From Lytechinus pictus (taxonomy: Eukaryota): DNA of 64,000 nt. Under the pieces are notes generated by a model. That model saw only the letters and a list, made by a program, of their open reading frames with translations, made no database searches and was not told where the DNA came from. Shown piece by piece: positions 37,007 to 50,200 of the stretch (its first letter is position 1; the number at the start of each line of letters is the position of its first letter). The position numbers and the translations under genes are program-made. The stretch lies in contig NC_087252.1 in assembly GCF_037042905.1 (NCBI RefSeq), forward strand, positions 3,970,001 through 4,034,000, written 5' to 3'.

Positions 37007-38835
37007 CAGTATTGTTAATTACAATATTTGTAGTTTAAGAATCTGAAACTCTCATAATGTAATGTCCAGATGAATCTTTAATAGGGAAAAATATTTGAAA
37101 ATGGTTTTACATGTCCCATGCTGTTCGAACTTCTGGTTCTTGCTCTTTTGATGTGAAAAATAAATCATCCTGGTAGTGAAACATTATAAACATTGTGAAG
37201 AACATTATGTAAATATTAATATATAACAACATTACGTGACAACAATTTTTAAAAGGAATCTTGATGATATACTCTTTAACACAAACAAAAAATAATTGCC
37301 TAGGGATTTTCTAAAAATGAATAAGTACAGTAAATTTATACTTTTTCATTTCTCTTTCCATTACATTTTATTTTACTGATAATAGTTTTTCAAATTATGA
37401 TGTCTATGCTGAGAAGTATTTTTGAATGGAGAAAAATCGATCCGTGAATCGAATTAAATCAAATCAAATAGTGAAAATATTAAAATACCTACGACAGATG
37501 AAATGACAGTACTAAATTTCGTCTTTTGACGAGAACACATGTATGCAGTATATTGCTGAAATCTCTGTAAACTACATTGTATTAAACACATTTGGAATCT
37601 CAACTTATTTTTATGGGTTTAGGGTTTATTTGTTAGTCAATATTATATAATCATATCTTTTATATATTTCTAATCTTGAAATGCCATTGTATATCCAGCC
37701 TAATATACTATCTATTTTCTGTTTGCTTTATTGTTCTTGAGACTGATATAGAATATTGGATTATGTAAAGGTTGAGATGATTAAAAAAATAAATTATTGG
37801 CCCAGACAGCTAAGTGATTTATATTTCAAGACAATGTTTTTTCCCCCTCCTCCTTTAAAGCATAAAACAGAAACCACAAGTCAACCACACTTTTTAATAC
37901 TTCGAATTACCTTTTAGGGTTTTCCTTAAAAACGTGATAAAAATTGCTATTGTACAAAAAGAAAGCACTGATGTACAATGATGTTGCATTTTAATTCTGG
38001 TTTCATCCTCAACTCGCACTGAATCCCACCTGGTTAAGGTATAGAAATGTAAAACAGATTTTTATATTATTGAAAATAATGTTATTTGTCTTCACGTTTG
38101 AGGAAGTCGAGTCTACGATTGTATCTTAGATGCTGCAGGCAGTTTGGATTTCAATGACTGTTTCTTTTGCTTTTCAAAGAAATGTTTGGTTTAGATAAAA
38201 ATCATATGATTTTGAATGATCCTTTCCTTTGAAATCCTCATAGAATTTTATGGGACATCATGACCGAACAATATTGTTTTGTATGTGTAACCCTTCTGAG
38301 AGTATCGCAATATTATCAAAATTAAGCTTGGGGGAGGGGGGGGGGGGTATATTATGAAATAAAATTGTTTGTCATTAGTTTAATACCATTATTTTTAATG
38401 CTTACCTTTGGAGGATTTTATCTCAGAAAATAATTCCCTATTGATCTTGCATTCATCTTCTCATGAAATCATGTCCTATCATTTTTATGTTCATCTTTCA
38501 TGATGCCATTTCATATCTTCCGTGGTCATGTCATGATAATTATTATTCTGTGGCTTTCTTGCAATCATTTTTAATGACCCACCAGTCATCTTGTCATGAA
38601 TTCATCCTCTGTGATCTGTTCTGCCATCATCTTGTGAAATGAGCCCGATTTGCCTTGCAATGATGACATAAGTTATTCTCTATCTAACATGCGATCATCA
38701 TTCCATGACATCATTCCATGAAATCGTTCCCTATCTAACCCAAAATAAGTTACTAAATTCATGAATCCACCCTGTGATCAGCTTGTCAATATCTGCCTTG
38801 CAATCATGTAATGTAATCATTTCCTATCTATCAAA

Positions 38836-39314
38836 AGGTGGTTTCAGACCGCCTCAAAGTTCGTCAGTTCCAGGTATTATCTGATCGGGAAATTTACCCC
38901 GATCAGAAAATACTAGGTAATATTGGCAATGTGAAAGCAAATTACGCGTAATCTCCCCGAAAGAAAATACCCACTAAATAGTAGGTACTTGTCAAAATTA
39001 TGAGAACTTTCGCGGGGATTTTTCCAAGGTCGCAGGTATTTTGGCAATGTGAAAGCAATTTACAGGAACTTTTTTAGCCCAGTGTGTAGTTGGGCGCGGG
39101 CAACTTAGGTGGCTGCTGAACTAGTGATTTTGAATCTCGCGCCTCACTTGCTTATCAGACCATACTGCGCATGCTCGTAACTTCAGGAACTTATCCCGAA
39201 AGGTATGTTTCAGGGCGGTGTGAATGCAGGAATAATTAATGGGTATTTTTTAGCCTCAAAAAGTTCTCATAATTTAACAGGGATTCTTATGATCGAGGCG
39301 GTTTGAAACCACCT
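38836..39314. mobile_element. MITE family B copy 2
   Basis: Colinear with 5505-5978. TIR AGGTGGTTTCAGACCGCCTC / GAGGCGGTTTGAAACCACCT. Inserted in a degenerate CCTATCTATC/ATCATC repeat region. Confidence 0.9.
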
Positions 39315-41070
39315 ATCATCTATCTTTCCTGTTATCATCTTTTTGTGAAATCATCCCCCTTCCAATTCTGCGATCACCCTCTCACAAGAACATCCCCTAT
39401 CTATCTTGCGATCATCTTCTCATGTCATTGTCCTAGAGAATGAAACTAGCCCCAGGGCTATCCAGTGCGGTGGTGACTGGGAGAGACCGAAGGGAGCCCG
39501 CATACTCTGCTTGATTCTCTCTACAAACACAACACTGTGCCTTCTTGTCAATTTGTATTAAATCGCTCTCTTGCACCTCAAAATCTAGAGCTATGCAAGG
39601 TGACGTTTTGCTTCATTTTATACCACAAACTTTGTGGCAAATGTTTGATACTAAGTGACTATTTGAACTCTTGTTGTTTTGACTCATTTTAGCTTTTAAG
39701 GTGAATCATTTCTTGATTTGCAGAATTCTTTATGGCTTTGCCTGAAAGTTACCTTCACAGTTGTGGTAATAATGGAAACCAAGATTGAAATGACAGAAAT
39801 TTATTTACAACCCAACATATTTTAAATAGATTAAGATGATATGCAGTTCTTTTTTTACTGATCATACAGAGAGTTCAAACTCAGCTTCTAGCTCAAATAT
39901 GTGTAGTCTGAATGTTACCCACTATGCCTGCATTAAAATGAATGTCTAAAGAAGTTCAAACTAACCATATTCAGTTAATGTATATGTCATAATTTCAGCA
40001 GATTTGGCACAATTAACAAAAGTTATTTGACCCATGGCCCCCTTGAACAGAGTGGTCCCTGTAAAAACTGTATGGGAATTGTGTAAATTCAGTAGTCAAA
40101 GGGGTAAGCCCCCCCCCCATTGTTCTTTCCCTCCAATACACTGATTAATTTCACATTTAAATTGAACCTTGAAGCAGATTAAACAGAGCTCGTTTCAGAC
40201 TACTTTCTTGTCTTAAGTCATTGATGACATAATCGACAGGAGAATCGTAATTAATTATTCATTTCCTTTTAAATCAGGAACTAATTAATGATTAATTGTC
40301 TGATTTAATCAGAGGAATGCTGTACCTCGTAGAAAAGGTCATTCTTTTTCAGCTGTCTCCCATTAAATTTCATCTACTGAAAGGTAAAATGAAAAGTAAA
40401 TGCAGTGAATGGTCATACGTTCAATTCTTATGCCCATTTCAAAAGAATGTATGGTGTTTTCTCTTTGAAAAATGTGCTGGAGATTGTACAGCCTAAACTG
40501 AAAGTTTTATGCAGTTTCTAATAAAAAAATATATATAAAACAAAGGCTTTCATCCCCAAAAAGGTTCAGAAAATTTCATATGCCATGAGGAGATTTGAAT
40601 TTTGTTTTCTACAACCAAGATAGGGCTGTAGTCAAGTTTATCTTGTCATATTTTTAGTGTAAGAAGGGCATTGACTATGTGCATTGATATAGCCATAGTG
40701 TCTCCTGGCCTCTCACGTATGATATGAAAAATCCTCAAGGAATTTCGGGCCTGTCAGTTCTCCTTATTTCTTAAGCAAACATTTTGGTTGAAGTTTGCTT
40801 GTTTTAGCCAAATAAAGGCCGGAAGTGAAAAAAGAAAACATGATTGTTGCTACCGACTTTGACTTTGTCTTGTAAGGAAATTGTCTCAATTGGTAGACGC
40901 GTCTATGATGGTCGCTGGAGATGCCCCCTTCTCAACTTTGACTGTGTTATACCCTAGAAACCTACATAATGGTTGGAAGGCAAGCTATCACAAGACAGAA
41001 TATTAATAATAGCATGTCATCAGTAATCTACCTTTAATATGCACAATGTATCTTATATATTTCATTGCAG

Positions 41071-41140
41071 GTGAGCTGATGTGGCTTAGAGGTTCAGCTA
41101 GAGGGTACTCAAAGAATAAACTCAATGGTTCATATCCCAA
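41071..41140 (+). other. Candidate exon beginning with a juxtaposed AG|GTGAG (possible recursive splice site)
   Basis: TATATTTCATTGCAG|GTGAGC with a downstream donor CAA|GTATGT. Confidence 0.4.
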
Positions 41141-42232
41141 GTATGTAGATGGTATCCCCTTTTCTGTCATTCCTTTCCTCTTGACCCTTAAAATATGAGA
41201 TTATTATTTGATGTATCAAAACCTACCTGAATAGGATTAAGTTCTTTTTAGTTTATAAACAAACTTTTACATTCTTATTTAGAAGTATATGCATTTCAAA
41301 AGTTCTACCCTCCCTCCTTCCCCCTTCAAACCTCGAGCTTCATTTTGCCAATTTCTTGATATGCACTTATTTTGTCTGAATTAAGTAATCAATGCATAGG
41401 TGACTGAGTGTAAATGAATTGATGGGGATGAATGAATAGATGAAAAAGTGAATGAATGGATGGAGGGAGGGATGGATGAAAAAAATGAATGGATGAAGAA
41501 AATGTATCTTACATACAAATTATTAAGTAGATGTGCAATTATCCGCACTGAAATTATCAGCAATATAATATGTTTTAAACCCCTAAAGAGAATGGAGCCT
41601 CAAACAAAGTGTAACCAAAAAATAAGATGACACCCATATTCTTGCAATAGGATTTGAAAATAAAAGCAAAAAATATTACTGAAATCACTTAGAATATCCG
41701 CAAGTCTATGAATCACTCAATTAATAGCGAATAGAATATCAAATTTAACTGTTTCCCCTCCTAAAATGCAGCTAGATGAAATTAAATCATGTCATTCATT
41801 ACTTCCTTGAACTCATTAGAGAGCACATTAACACAGATTAGATGGCTCTATGGAATTGATTGGATGATGACTAGTCTTTGGGTCAAAGGTCATTTCTGAG
41901 ATTGGTCGTTTTGATGTGACATTCATGGGCAAAGTCAATGACTCTCTTGGCAGTGCCATTCATATGAAAGTCTATGGAAATACTGTCCCTTGAAAACGTT
42001 CAAGTGCTTAATTCTGTAAAGTCCTTTTCAAATTGAAAAAAGAATGATGAAAAAAATCAAATACATAATTATATCTAAGAAATGTGAAGAGACATATATC
42101 CAGATTGACTGTAGGTAGGCCTATAGTCCAAATAAATTTTTGATTTAATTTGATTGTATGGGAGGTAAACAAGTGTGTTGATATGTTGGGCAGAAAAGGT
42201 GTTGAAAAGTTAGAATGTAATGGATTGCTTTT

Positions 42233-42425
42233 ATCCCAGCCATGGTGTTATTACAGTCACCAATAAATTTATCCACTTTTGCTGCACTCTACCCAGGTTA
42301 TTTATGTAAATGCAGGAGAATGCTTAATAGCTGTACTGCTGAAGTCAGGGTAATTATTTTACATTGTTGTAGAGCACTCGGACACTACTGATAATAGCAC
42401 TTTATAGTATGAGTAGGAGTAGTTA
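42233..42425 (+). mobile_element. Degenerate SINE remnant
   Basis: ATCCCAGCCATGG..TTTATCCACTTTTGCTGCACTCTACCCAGGT, homologous to the 25255-25433 core, with an L2-like tail. Confidence 0.5.
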
Positions 42426-43089
42426 TTGATATTATTTTGATTTGTGCTTTCAGAATTACATTTTTGATAGCTTCGAATGGATCTAGCATTAGAGGAAAAG
42501 AGGACACATTTACTTCCCGCCGACTGGTTTTGATGAGATGCATTAAAGCCAAGAGAATGTGTCCCTTGCTTATAAGTGTCTTCAGCGTGTCTATGCCAAG
42601 GTCCTAAGTGACTCTTAAAAATTGAGGTTAATATCAGTGTGAGGAAAATAACACTTTGAAATTGAGCCTTTTTAGGTGTGTTCATTTGAGCTTTGTAAGA
42701 GACAATTACAAGCATGAATCACAAATCATAGATGCAGCATTTATAATGTAGTCAAATCTAGTAAATGTAGGTAAATTATTCTGAGACGCAAATATTAACC
42801 ACTTAACGCTAAGCACTAAACACAAACACTAAAAGGAAACACTTAACACTGTCAGTGCAGGCTAAAGTGAATTACTTTTATTTATAAACACTAAAAACTG
42901 AACACCAAACACATAAGAGAAACTCTAAGCAATGTCACTACAGGCTAGAGCTTTCTTTTTCTTTCATTATTTCTCACTTTGTTCTTCGAGATGTTATTTT
43001 ACATTGTATGTTTTGCTGAAGTTGGAAAATTAAAGATCTCAAACTTAAGCTGAAACTGAAATACTTAAATTATTATCTCTCATTTTCAG

Positions 43090-43112
43090 GGAAGCAGTTT
43101 GATCAAGGAAGT
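43090..43112 (+). other. Candidate microexon (23 nt)
   Basis: TTATCTCTCATTTTCAG acceptor and AGT|GTAAGT consensus donor. Confidence 0.55.
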
Positions 43113-44622
43113 GTAAGTTAATTTGGAATCATGTGTTGCATTTTATCATGTCTTCTGTTTCTTTTTAAACTATTGATATTTGGGGAGCGTTTCATAAACA
43201 GACTTGCCAGAATATCGGATAGGTACTAGTACCATTGTTACAATGCTTAGCCAATCAGAACCAAGGGAAGTTGATTGACGCCTTCAAAGACATTTTTATT
43301 TCTATGACCGACAGAAAATCGCTTCAATACGATTGTGATTTGACCTAATAACATCTTCATCTTCAAAATCTGTATTTTGGGTTGAATATTGTCAGGACAC
43401 ATCCAACTGTGGATTGGGGTTAGAAATAATGTTGAATGAACACACCCTCTCAAAGCTGAGTTTGTGGGTTAAAATAAGGCCGAGTGACCATAATGACACC
43501 ATCAGTAAACCATTTTCATGGATTAATACGTGTGTCAGATGAGCATACAGCTGTGTTTCTGGTTTAAAATAGAGTGAACACGCCCTTTGAGAAATGAAGA
43601 CCCGAGTCGGTTTCTCCAACAACCGGCACCTCCTCGCATTTTTCTCTGGTGATTATTTAATTATTCCTAGGTCAGCCATTATTTCCAGGACACTCTTGTG
43701 AAGCCTAGATCCCACTCTAGGGTGAGATCTGTTTGTATTGGAGAGCATAAAATGTTATCTTTCGGGATATTAGCTGATGGAATATGAAAATACTTTCAGG
43801 GCATTTGGCAAATTGGCATCCCCAATGGTTCCTGAAGTGTGTTAAAAACATTTCAGGTAAGGATTCTGCTAGGATTATCTTTATGTAGGAATATTCTTCA
43901 AATAAGTAATGTCCCTTTATTGTTTCTTGTTTGATATGCATATTAAAAGTATCTGAAAACAACATACTGCTTATCAACATGACTGTTCAGTTGTAATTTT
44001 AGAGTTTAGAGTATTTTTTGTTTTCAATATTTGATGCTTCCTTTCGGCCCCACGCAGAAAACAATTTAGCTAGAGAGCAAGAGAGTTATATATTTGTTTA
44101 TTATTTGGTATTATATCTTTGTGTGTGTGAAAGAGAGAGAATGAGAGAGACAAGAGAGAGAGAATAAGAAATTCAAGGGGAAAATCTAAAGACTTAACAT
44201 TTTTACATTGATGAAAGTTGAGTCAGAATGAGTGAGATTGAGAAAGTAAGAAAGCGAGAGGATTAGAAAATGTCTCAAGGGCCGTAATAAGTGTGACATT
44301 AGATCTATAATTCATCAATTTGCTAGACAGTAATGTGTCACATTCACAGCTGTGTGATGAGAATGTTCTTCGTCATGCTCTGGAAACTGGCCCGCTTTTC
44401 CTCCAAACCAATTCTGACACACTCCTTTCATGTAGTTGCTAATTTTCAAAGGAACTGTAAGAGCAATGTCCTCAGTTTTCTGCTATACTGGAAACAAACT
44501 AATTTCAAGAAATATGGGAAGAACACCAAATTCACCATGTTAACGTATGAATGTATAAGCCCCAAATTATTTGGCTTCATGCATGATGTATAATTTAATT
44601 TGAGTATCAGTTTAAACTAAAT

Positions 44623-45261
44623 CGTTGGCGGTCATCCAAACCGTCGTATCAGTCAATTTTGGTCAAAAAATCAATTTTGAGATTTTTGCAGAAAATGAAA
44701 GTACAAGTCCTACTCTATATATATCTAAATTTTTAGGCAGTAATTTATTGTATTCTCTGAGATATGAGAGGATTTTCACAGCGATGCCATACAATTTTTT
44801 AATAAAACGCGCAAATCCCATCGAAAAAACGTGTACTGTAACAGAGCGATACAACGTTTTGACTGACCGCGATTTCAATGCGCGTGGTCAACCAAACCAT
44901 CATATCGGCACTGGGCACTGCATTGACTTTGCACGTGAAAATGCGTGCGATCAGTCAAAACGTCGTATCGCTTTTTCCCTATGGTGTTTTTTGTACAGGG
45001 AAAATCTAAGTCGCTCAAACCGAAATTACATGCATGTAGCTCTTTTGCCGTATTTTCTTGGATCCTCACTTTTGTGTAAAATTAAGATACCAATGTCAAG
45101 CAATTTTCTTGGTCTTTCCAACCATGTATTTTCAAGCAATGAATATGTTGTAAGGCTGGGGAACTAAGTGTGCAAATAATAATAAACTTTGTAGTCGATT
45201 TTCTCTGAAATGGGTTTTCACCGTCGTATGTGTGATATGACGGTTCGGATGACCACCGACG
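44623..45261. mobile_element. Non-autonomous DNA transposon with 4-bp AAAT TSD (Sola1-like)
   Basis: AAAT|CGTTGGCGGTCATCCAAACCGTCGTATCA ... TGATATGACGGTTCGGATGACCACCGACG|AAAT (29-bp TIR, 4 mismatches). Internal inverted repeat GCGATACAACGTTTTGACTGA/TCAGTCAAAACGTCGTATCGC. Confidence 0.8.
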
Positions 45262-46514
45262 AAATAAATGAATAAGCTGGTCAGTACTAAGTATTTTTTT
45301 TATCCAATGCAAGACTCAATTATTGCACTACTGACTACTACTGTACATGTACCTTCCATAATGTTCATATTTTCACAAGTTTTGCAGATAAATGAGACAA
45401 TTTCATCATGTATGTTAAAAAATGTAAGTAAAATGCCTTGAAATGCTATCATTAAACTCTTCTTTTTTTCATCTGGAATTTTTTTAAATCTGACATAAGT
45501 CATACATGATATAAATGGTGCAATAGCATTCAGAAGGAGTTTTCAGATCATGATGTAAGCGATTGTGATGATCACACCTAGGTCTTTTGTGCATCACGGG
45601 GTAAGGCAGTGACCTATATGTATCTCTGTGAGTCCTGTCCCACCTGCTTTAGGCTTGGCACCTCTAAAGATTTAAGATACTTCTGGGAACTCCTCACCGT
45701 TTGCTGAATTTTCAAGATTACTCCTGTGGATAGAATCCCAGCCAAGTTTGCCTCATCTTTAACTCTGAACCTGCCAGATGACTTGCAGCTCTATTGGATT
45801 TTTATGTAGTATTTGGTGTTATTTGATGACTGCAGTATGTTAAGAGTTAACCCTCTCCTTGTGATTTATACTCGCAGAGGTGTCATTTTCAAGCCAAATG
45901 TTATTAGGTGAACATCGGTTTGGAAGGATTCTACTTCATCAAATAATGTAGGTCCTTCAAATAGTATGAGATGGAGCTAACTAGTGAAATCATGTGGAAA
46001 CAATGGCCTGTGAAGAAGAGTTAGAACTTCCTTTATCTTTCCTCTACCTGTCTGTCTTCTTTTCCATGTACATCCTGCATTTTGCCATTTTCCTTCATTT
46101 TCTCCCCTTGCTTTTCTCCAATTTTTCTTCTTTTATTTACTTTGTTTCCTGTATGACATATTTCATTTTGAACTTAAAATGAAGCCCTTTTGGGAGTTCA
46201 GTTGCACTCTCTAAAAGTACAACATTTACCCATTTTTTTTTTAATTCCACACCTAACAATCTCTCACTATACATTGAACTTTGAACCCCACCAAACCACT
46301 GTACATAATTGTTGCTTGAATTGTCCAGTTATTAATAAACTTTAAAGCTGTTAAAGTTATCAAGAAAGTGGTGAGGTGTCATTGAAATTTATCTTCAACC
46401 TGTGAATTCTGCATTCACTGCCATTGCAATTCATTTCACCAACAGTTGAGGTTGCACTTTTGAATTCATTTGATGCGGTTCACCTCGTGATGTAGACTTT
46501 AGCATTTCTTTTTG

Positions 46515-46680
46515 CAGTAAAGAGAGAGATAAAGAGAAAAAGAGAGAGGTAAAGAGAAAGAAAGAGATAAAGAGAAAGAGAGATAAAGAGAAAGAGAGAG
46601 AGACAGAGAGGAATGATAGAGAGGGGGTGTGAGAGAAGGAGAATGAAAAAGATTGAGAAGTGAGAGATAGAGAGAAAGAG
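46515..46680. repeat. (GA)/(AAAGAG) low-complexity repeat
   Basis: AAAGAGAGAGATAAAGAG arrays. Confidence 0.9.
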
Positions 46681-47160
46681 TAACACAGACTTGGAACGAG
46701 AAGTGAAAATGAAGGTCTGTAAAATGTGTTTACACTTGGTAGAGCCAAGATTAGATCAGAAATATGTAATGACTTGTTATGTTACAGTGTTGAGTTCATG
46801 CTATTTACTCTTAAAAAAAAGATAAAATAAGAGAATTCTGGATGAAATAGTGGATACAGAAGGTAAGGGTAGTATATTAACAACAGAAAGGACTTGGAAG
46901 CTTTCTAAAAACAACTATCAGGGAGAAAGTATTGCCTCTAGAACAATAAGTCCACATCTTTATTAGATCCCATGCACCCCAAGACTACCCTGCCCTATCT
47001 TCCACGTAGATTACATGCTTATACTCATGGTTTGTGTATCATCAAAGCAAGTAGGAAATCATGCTAGAATTCTAACAATACCCATGTAGATTTTAAAATT
47101 AATAGGTTGTTGATTGCTGTGATAATGATGCTTAAGTTAATAATGAACTGTTACTTGTTA

Positions 47161-47439
47161 ACGCCTGGTTCCACTGGCCGACGGACACAAAACGTACTCA
47201 TAACAGATACAGGGACAAGCTAAATTTTGGGGTATCTTCATCCGTTTTCATCCGCTCCAGACAATGTACAAAATGGGTGAACCATTAAATCACAGTAAAT
47301 GGATGCTCGATGGACATAGAGCATATGAAACATGTATGCAAAGAGTACACAACGGATACATCACATTTTCCAATGGATGGCAAGATTCTTTTCCGTTTTA
47401 CATCCTCTCTGCATCGGTAAGTGCAGTGACACCAAGCCT
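47161..47439. mobile_element. Degenerate Harbinger-like MITE
   Basis: GCCTGGTTCCACTG ... CAGTGACACCAAGC inverted ends, with internal ACGGA/TCCGT repeats. Confidence 0.55.
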
Positions 47440-48506
47440 TTAGTAACATTGTGTGAGTATCAGATTCAATGAGCAATGTGAACAAACCTATTGATTGAAC
47501 TGCTACTCAATTAGATAATATTGTGTGTGCAACAGAATTAAATTACCCATGTGAATCAACCCTGTGATCTGACCACCTGAACTATATGTAATTGATGGCT
47601 GCACAAGTGTGAAAGCTTGGAGTGGGGTGAAAAACACTGCTATTTGGCAGGTGAAATAATGTAAATCCAGCCCAAAATAAGTTACAGCTCAACAACTGTT
47701 CAGATAATTCACACCCGGGGTAATGAGAAGATTATAAAGTGTCCTGTAGTTAGGAGTGTCAATTCAGGTCCCTTTCACATCAAAATGTTTATCAACCTGC
47801 CTATACAAAAAGTATTAAAGGGATTGAGTAACTTTGTGGAGATTTGCAAAGTTTGAGCTGTTGTGTTCTACGTGCTATCAGTGCATATTGATTAAAGAAA
47901 CCCTCAAAATTTCATTATATAAATACCATTACATGCTTCGCAATTAGAAGGAAAAAACTATTATTTTCCCTACACAGCATATATTGTTATTTCATGATAT
48001 TCATTCAGATTGATAATTTGTTTAATCTAATGCGAGCACTCTTTACAGGAAATCTTATGCAATAACATCATGGATAATAACATTTCTATCCAACACTGCC
48101 TTTGAAAAATACATTTAGAATTTGTTTTAGCACGATTTTCATTCAGCATATTTTCCATTCTGATCCTTCAGTTTCTGCAGAGACAAATAATGTGACATCA
48201 TGAGAGCTGACAAAAAAATTCAGCTTGTAACAAAGCTGTGCACTCAAGAAAATATTTGTAGTCGGTTCTTCAAACTGAAAAATACACATTCCTGCTTTTA
48301 AACCGTAAAATCTAATGCTATAATAAAGGGCAAGGATCATTTTCTTCACTTTCAACATTTCTGTCCAATTGGTTTCCAGAGCTACCTGGAGCATTATCAC
48401 TCCACTCCTACACCTGGGACCTGTTTGCACAAAGAGTTATGATTGATTACAACTCACAAAATCACATGCAAGTCCCAAAGCATGCATCTGATTTGTTGAA
48501 TATTAT

Positions 48507-48678
48507 AGGACAAGTCCACCCCAACAAAAAATTGACTGTTTTGTGAAAAATAAGCGAAACTTTAAAATGTCATAACTTTCTTATTTTACATCCGATTTTG
48601 ATGAATTTTTCAGCACTATGCCAGTTTGATTTTTCTCTATTTATTCAAGCCAGCATTTTCCTGGGGTGGACTTGACCT
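48507..48678. mobile_element. Kolobok-like MITE, family D copy 2 (internally deleted)
   Basis: TTAT|AGGACAAGTCCACCCCA ... TGGGGTGGACTTGACCT|TTAA. Matches the ends of 15770-16262 in opposite orientation. Confidence 0.8.
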
Positions 48679-50003
48679 TTAAGTAGTGTTGGAATTTGAA
48701 TGTTGCATTTGGTTGCAAAATTCTTCTCCAGGGACCCTGAAATGATAGTATCAGTTGTCTTGAGGTGGATACAATTAACTTCAGCCCATCAAATAGGAAA
48801 GAAATTAGTGTTGTGTACCCCTTTCTGTACAATATTTGTAATTACTGAAAGAGTCAGGCCAAAAAAGTCTGTGCTGAAGAAGCATATAATGCAAGACAAA
48901 TCAAGAACAATATCCAAGAGTCCTAAACACATTTAAATCATGTCATTGTAAACACATTTCCAATTAGATTGAGATCACAAAAAAGCAATGTAATACTATT
49001 TGCAAAAGGGCACCCAAGTTGATCTCTCATCGGTCATGATAGCATGTGCACTGCAGCTAGCAAAATTTACCTTGAAAAAAAAAAAGAACATTTAAGATGT
49101 GTGTTTCAAAATATTTTGCATTTGCGAAGGAAGCATAAACGCACCCTTAGACAGCATTTGTTACTCTTATCACCGGCTTTGATGGAACGGAATGAAGCGA
49201 TGACATTTTTCCACGAGCTGTCTTATCAAAGTTATCAAACTTGTTGTTATTGCTTGTAAGAAATAGCTGCTTATCGTACATGAACCAAGAATGAAATTAA
49301 AAAGACAGGTGAATTGGAAGAAGGTTTATCATGTCAGTCGTTATCACAAGGGAAAGTAGAAGGGGAGTGGTTAGCCGTCACAAGTTTGAAATAGAGATTG
49401 ATTGCCTACAATTCTAAATTAACTGGACAACCACCAATTTCTTTATCAGTAAATATTTCATTTCCTTTTCTCTATCTAATAAAATATGAATTCTCTCTCT
49501 CGCTTTATCAGTTAATACCAAAGCATAAACAGTGATGACAATGTGATAACTGAGTAATTTCCACATCAAGAACAGATTTATTGTGAAAAATGTAAATGAT
49601 CAAAAACTTTTGGTAGTGGTTTCATACCAATATGGTCTGAATGGAATAGGTCAAGTTTAATGAGCATTTCACAATAAAATCTAAGAGAGCAGATGAAGCT
49701 TTTAAAAGAAAAAAAAAATCAAGATAAACAACTGATCCTGTGACATATCATGCAAGCAAACTTTTTAAAATAATTTTTCTACCAAAAGTGTTGCAAAGCA
49801 TTTTTTCTCCTTGTAACTTTTCTTGATAACATATTCCTACATGTGTATTTATGGAAAATATATCTTATCATTCACCCAGACCCTGTCATGTATATCTTTT
49901 TAGGGAAGTAATGCTCTGTGATGAAGATGAATTGCTTTGTGATAATAGTGATTAGTACAGAAGGGCTGTTCTACTTCTCTCCACCTTTTAAAAACAGTAT
50001 CTA

Positions 50004-50200
50004 AGGCCCTGTTCTCATCTACTTTCTAAAACCAGTTTAGTGGAAACGAGTTTAATGTATAATGGGAATGCTCGAAGCAGTCTTGGAAGCACTCTTAAAT
50101 AGTTTTCCGAACCAGTTCGAAATTCACCTCATGATGCGGTTTCCCAGACTGCTGTGCCTCCTTTATTAAGCATAGGTGAGGACATATAGTCGTTCTTCGG
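50004..50200. mobile_element. MITE family A, truncated copy
   Basis: GGCCCTGTTCTCATCTACTTTCTAAAACCAGTTTAGTGGAAAC..GAAGCAGTCTTGGAAGC..AGCATAGGTGAGGACA, matching the left half of family A. Confidence 0.65.

Noticed and set aside
44625..45167. 180-aa ORF as a transposase
   Set aside because: Starts at a TTG inside the TIR, has no DDE motifs, and the element is only 639 bp.
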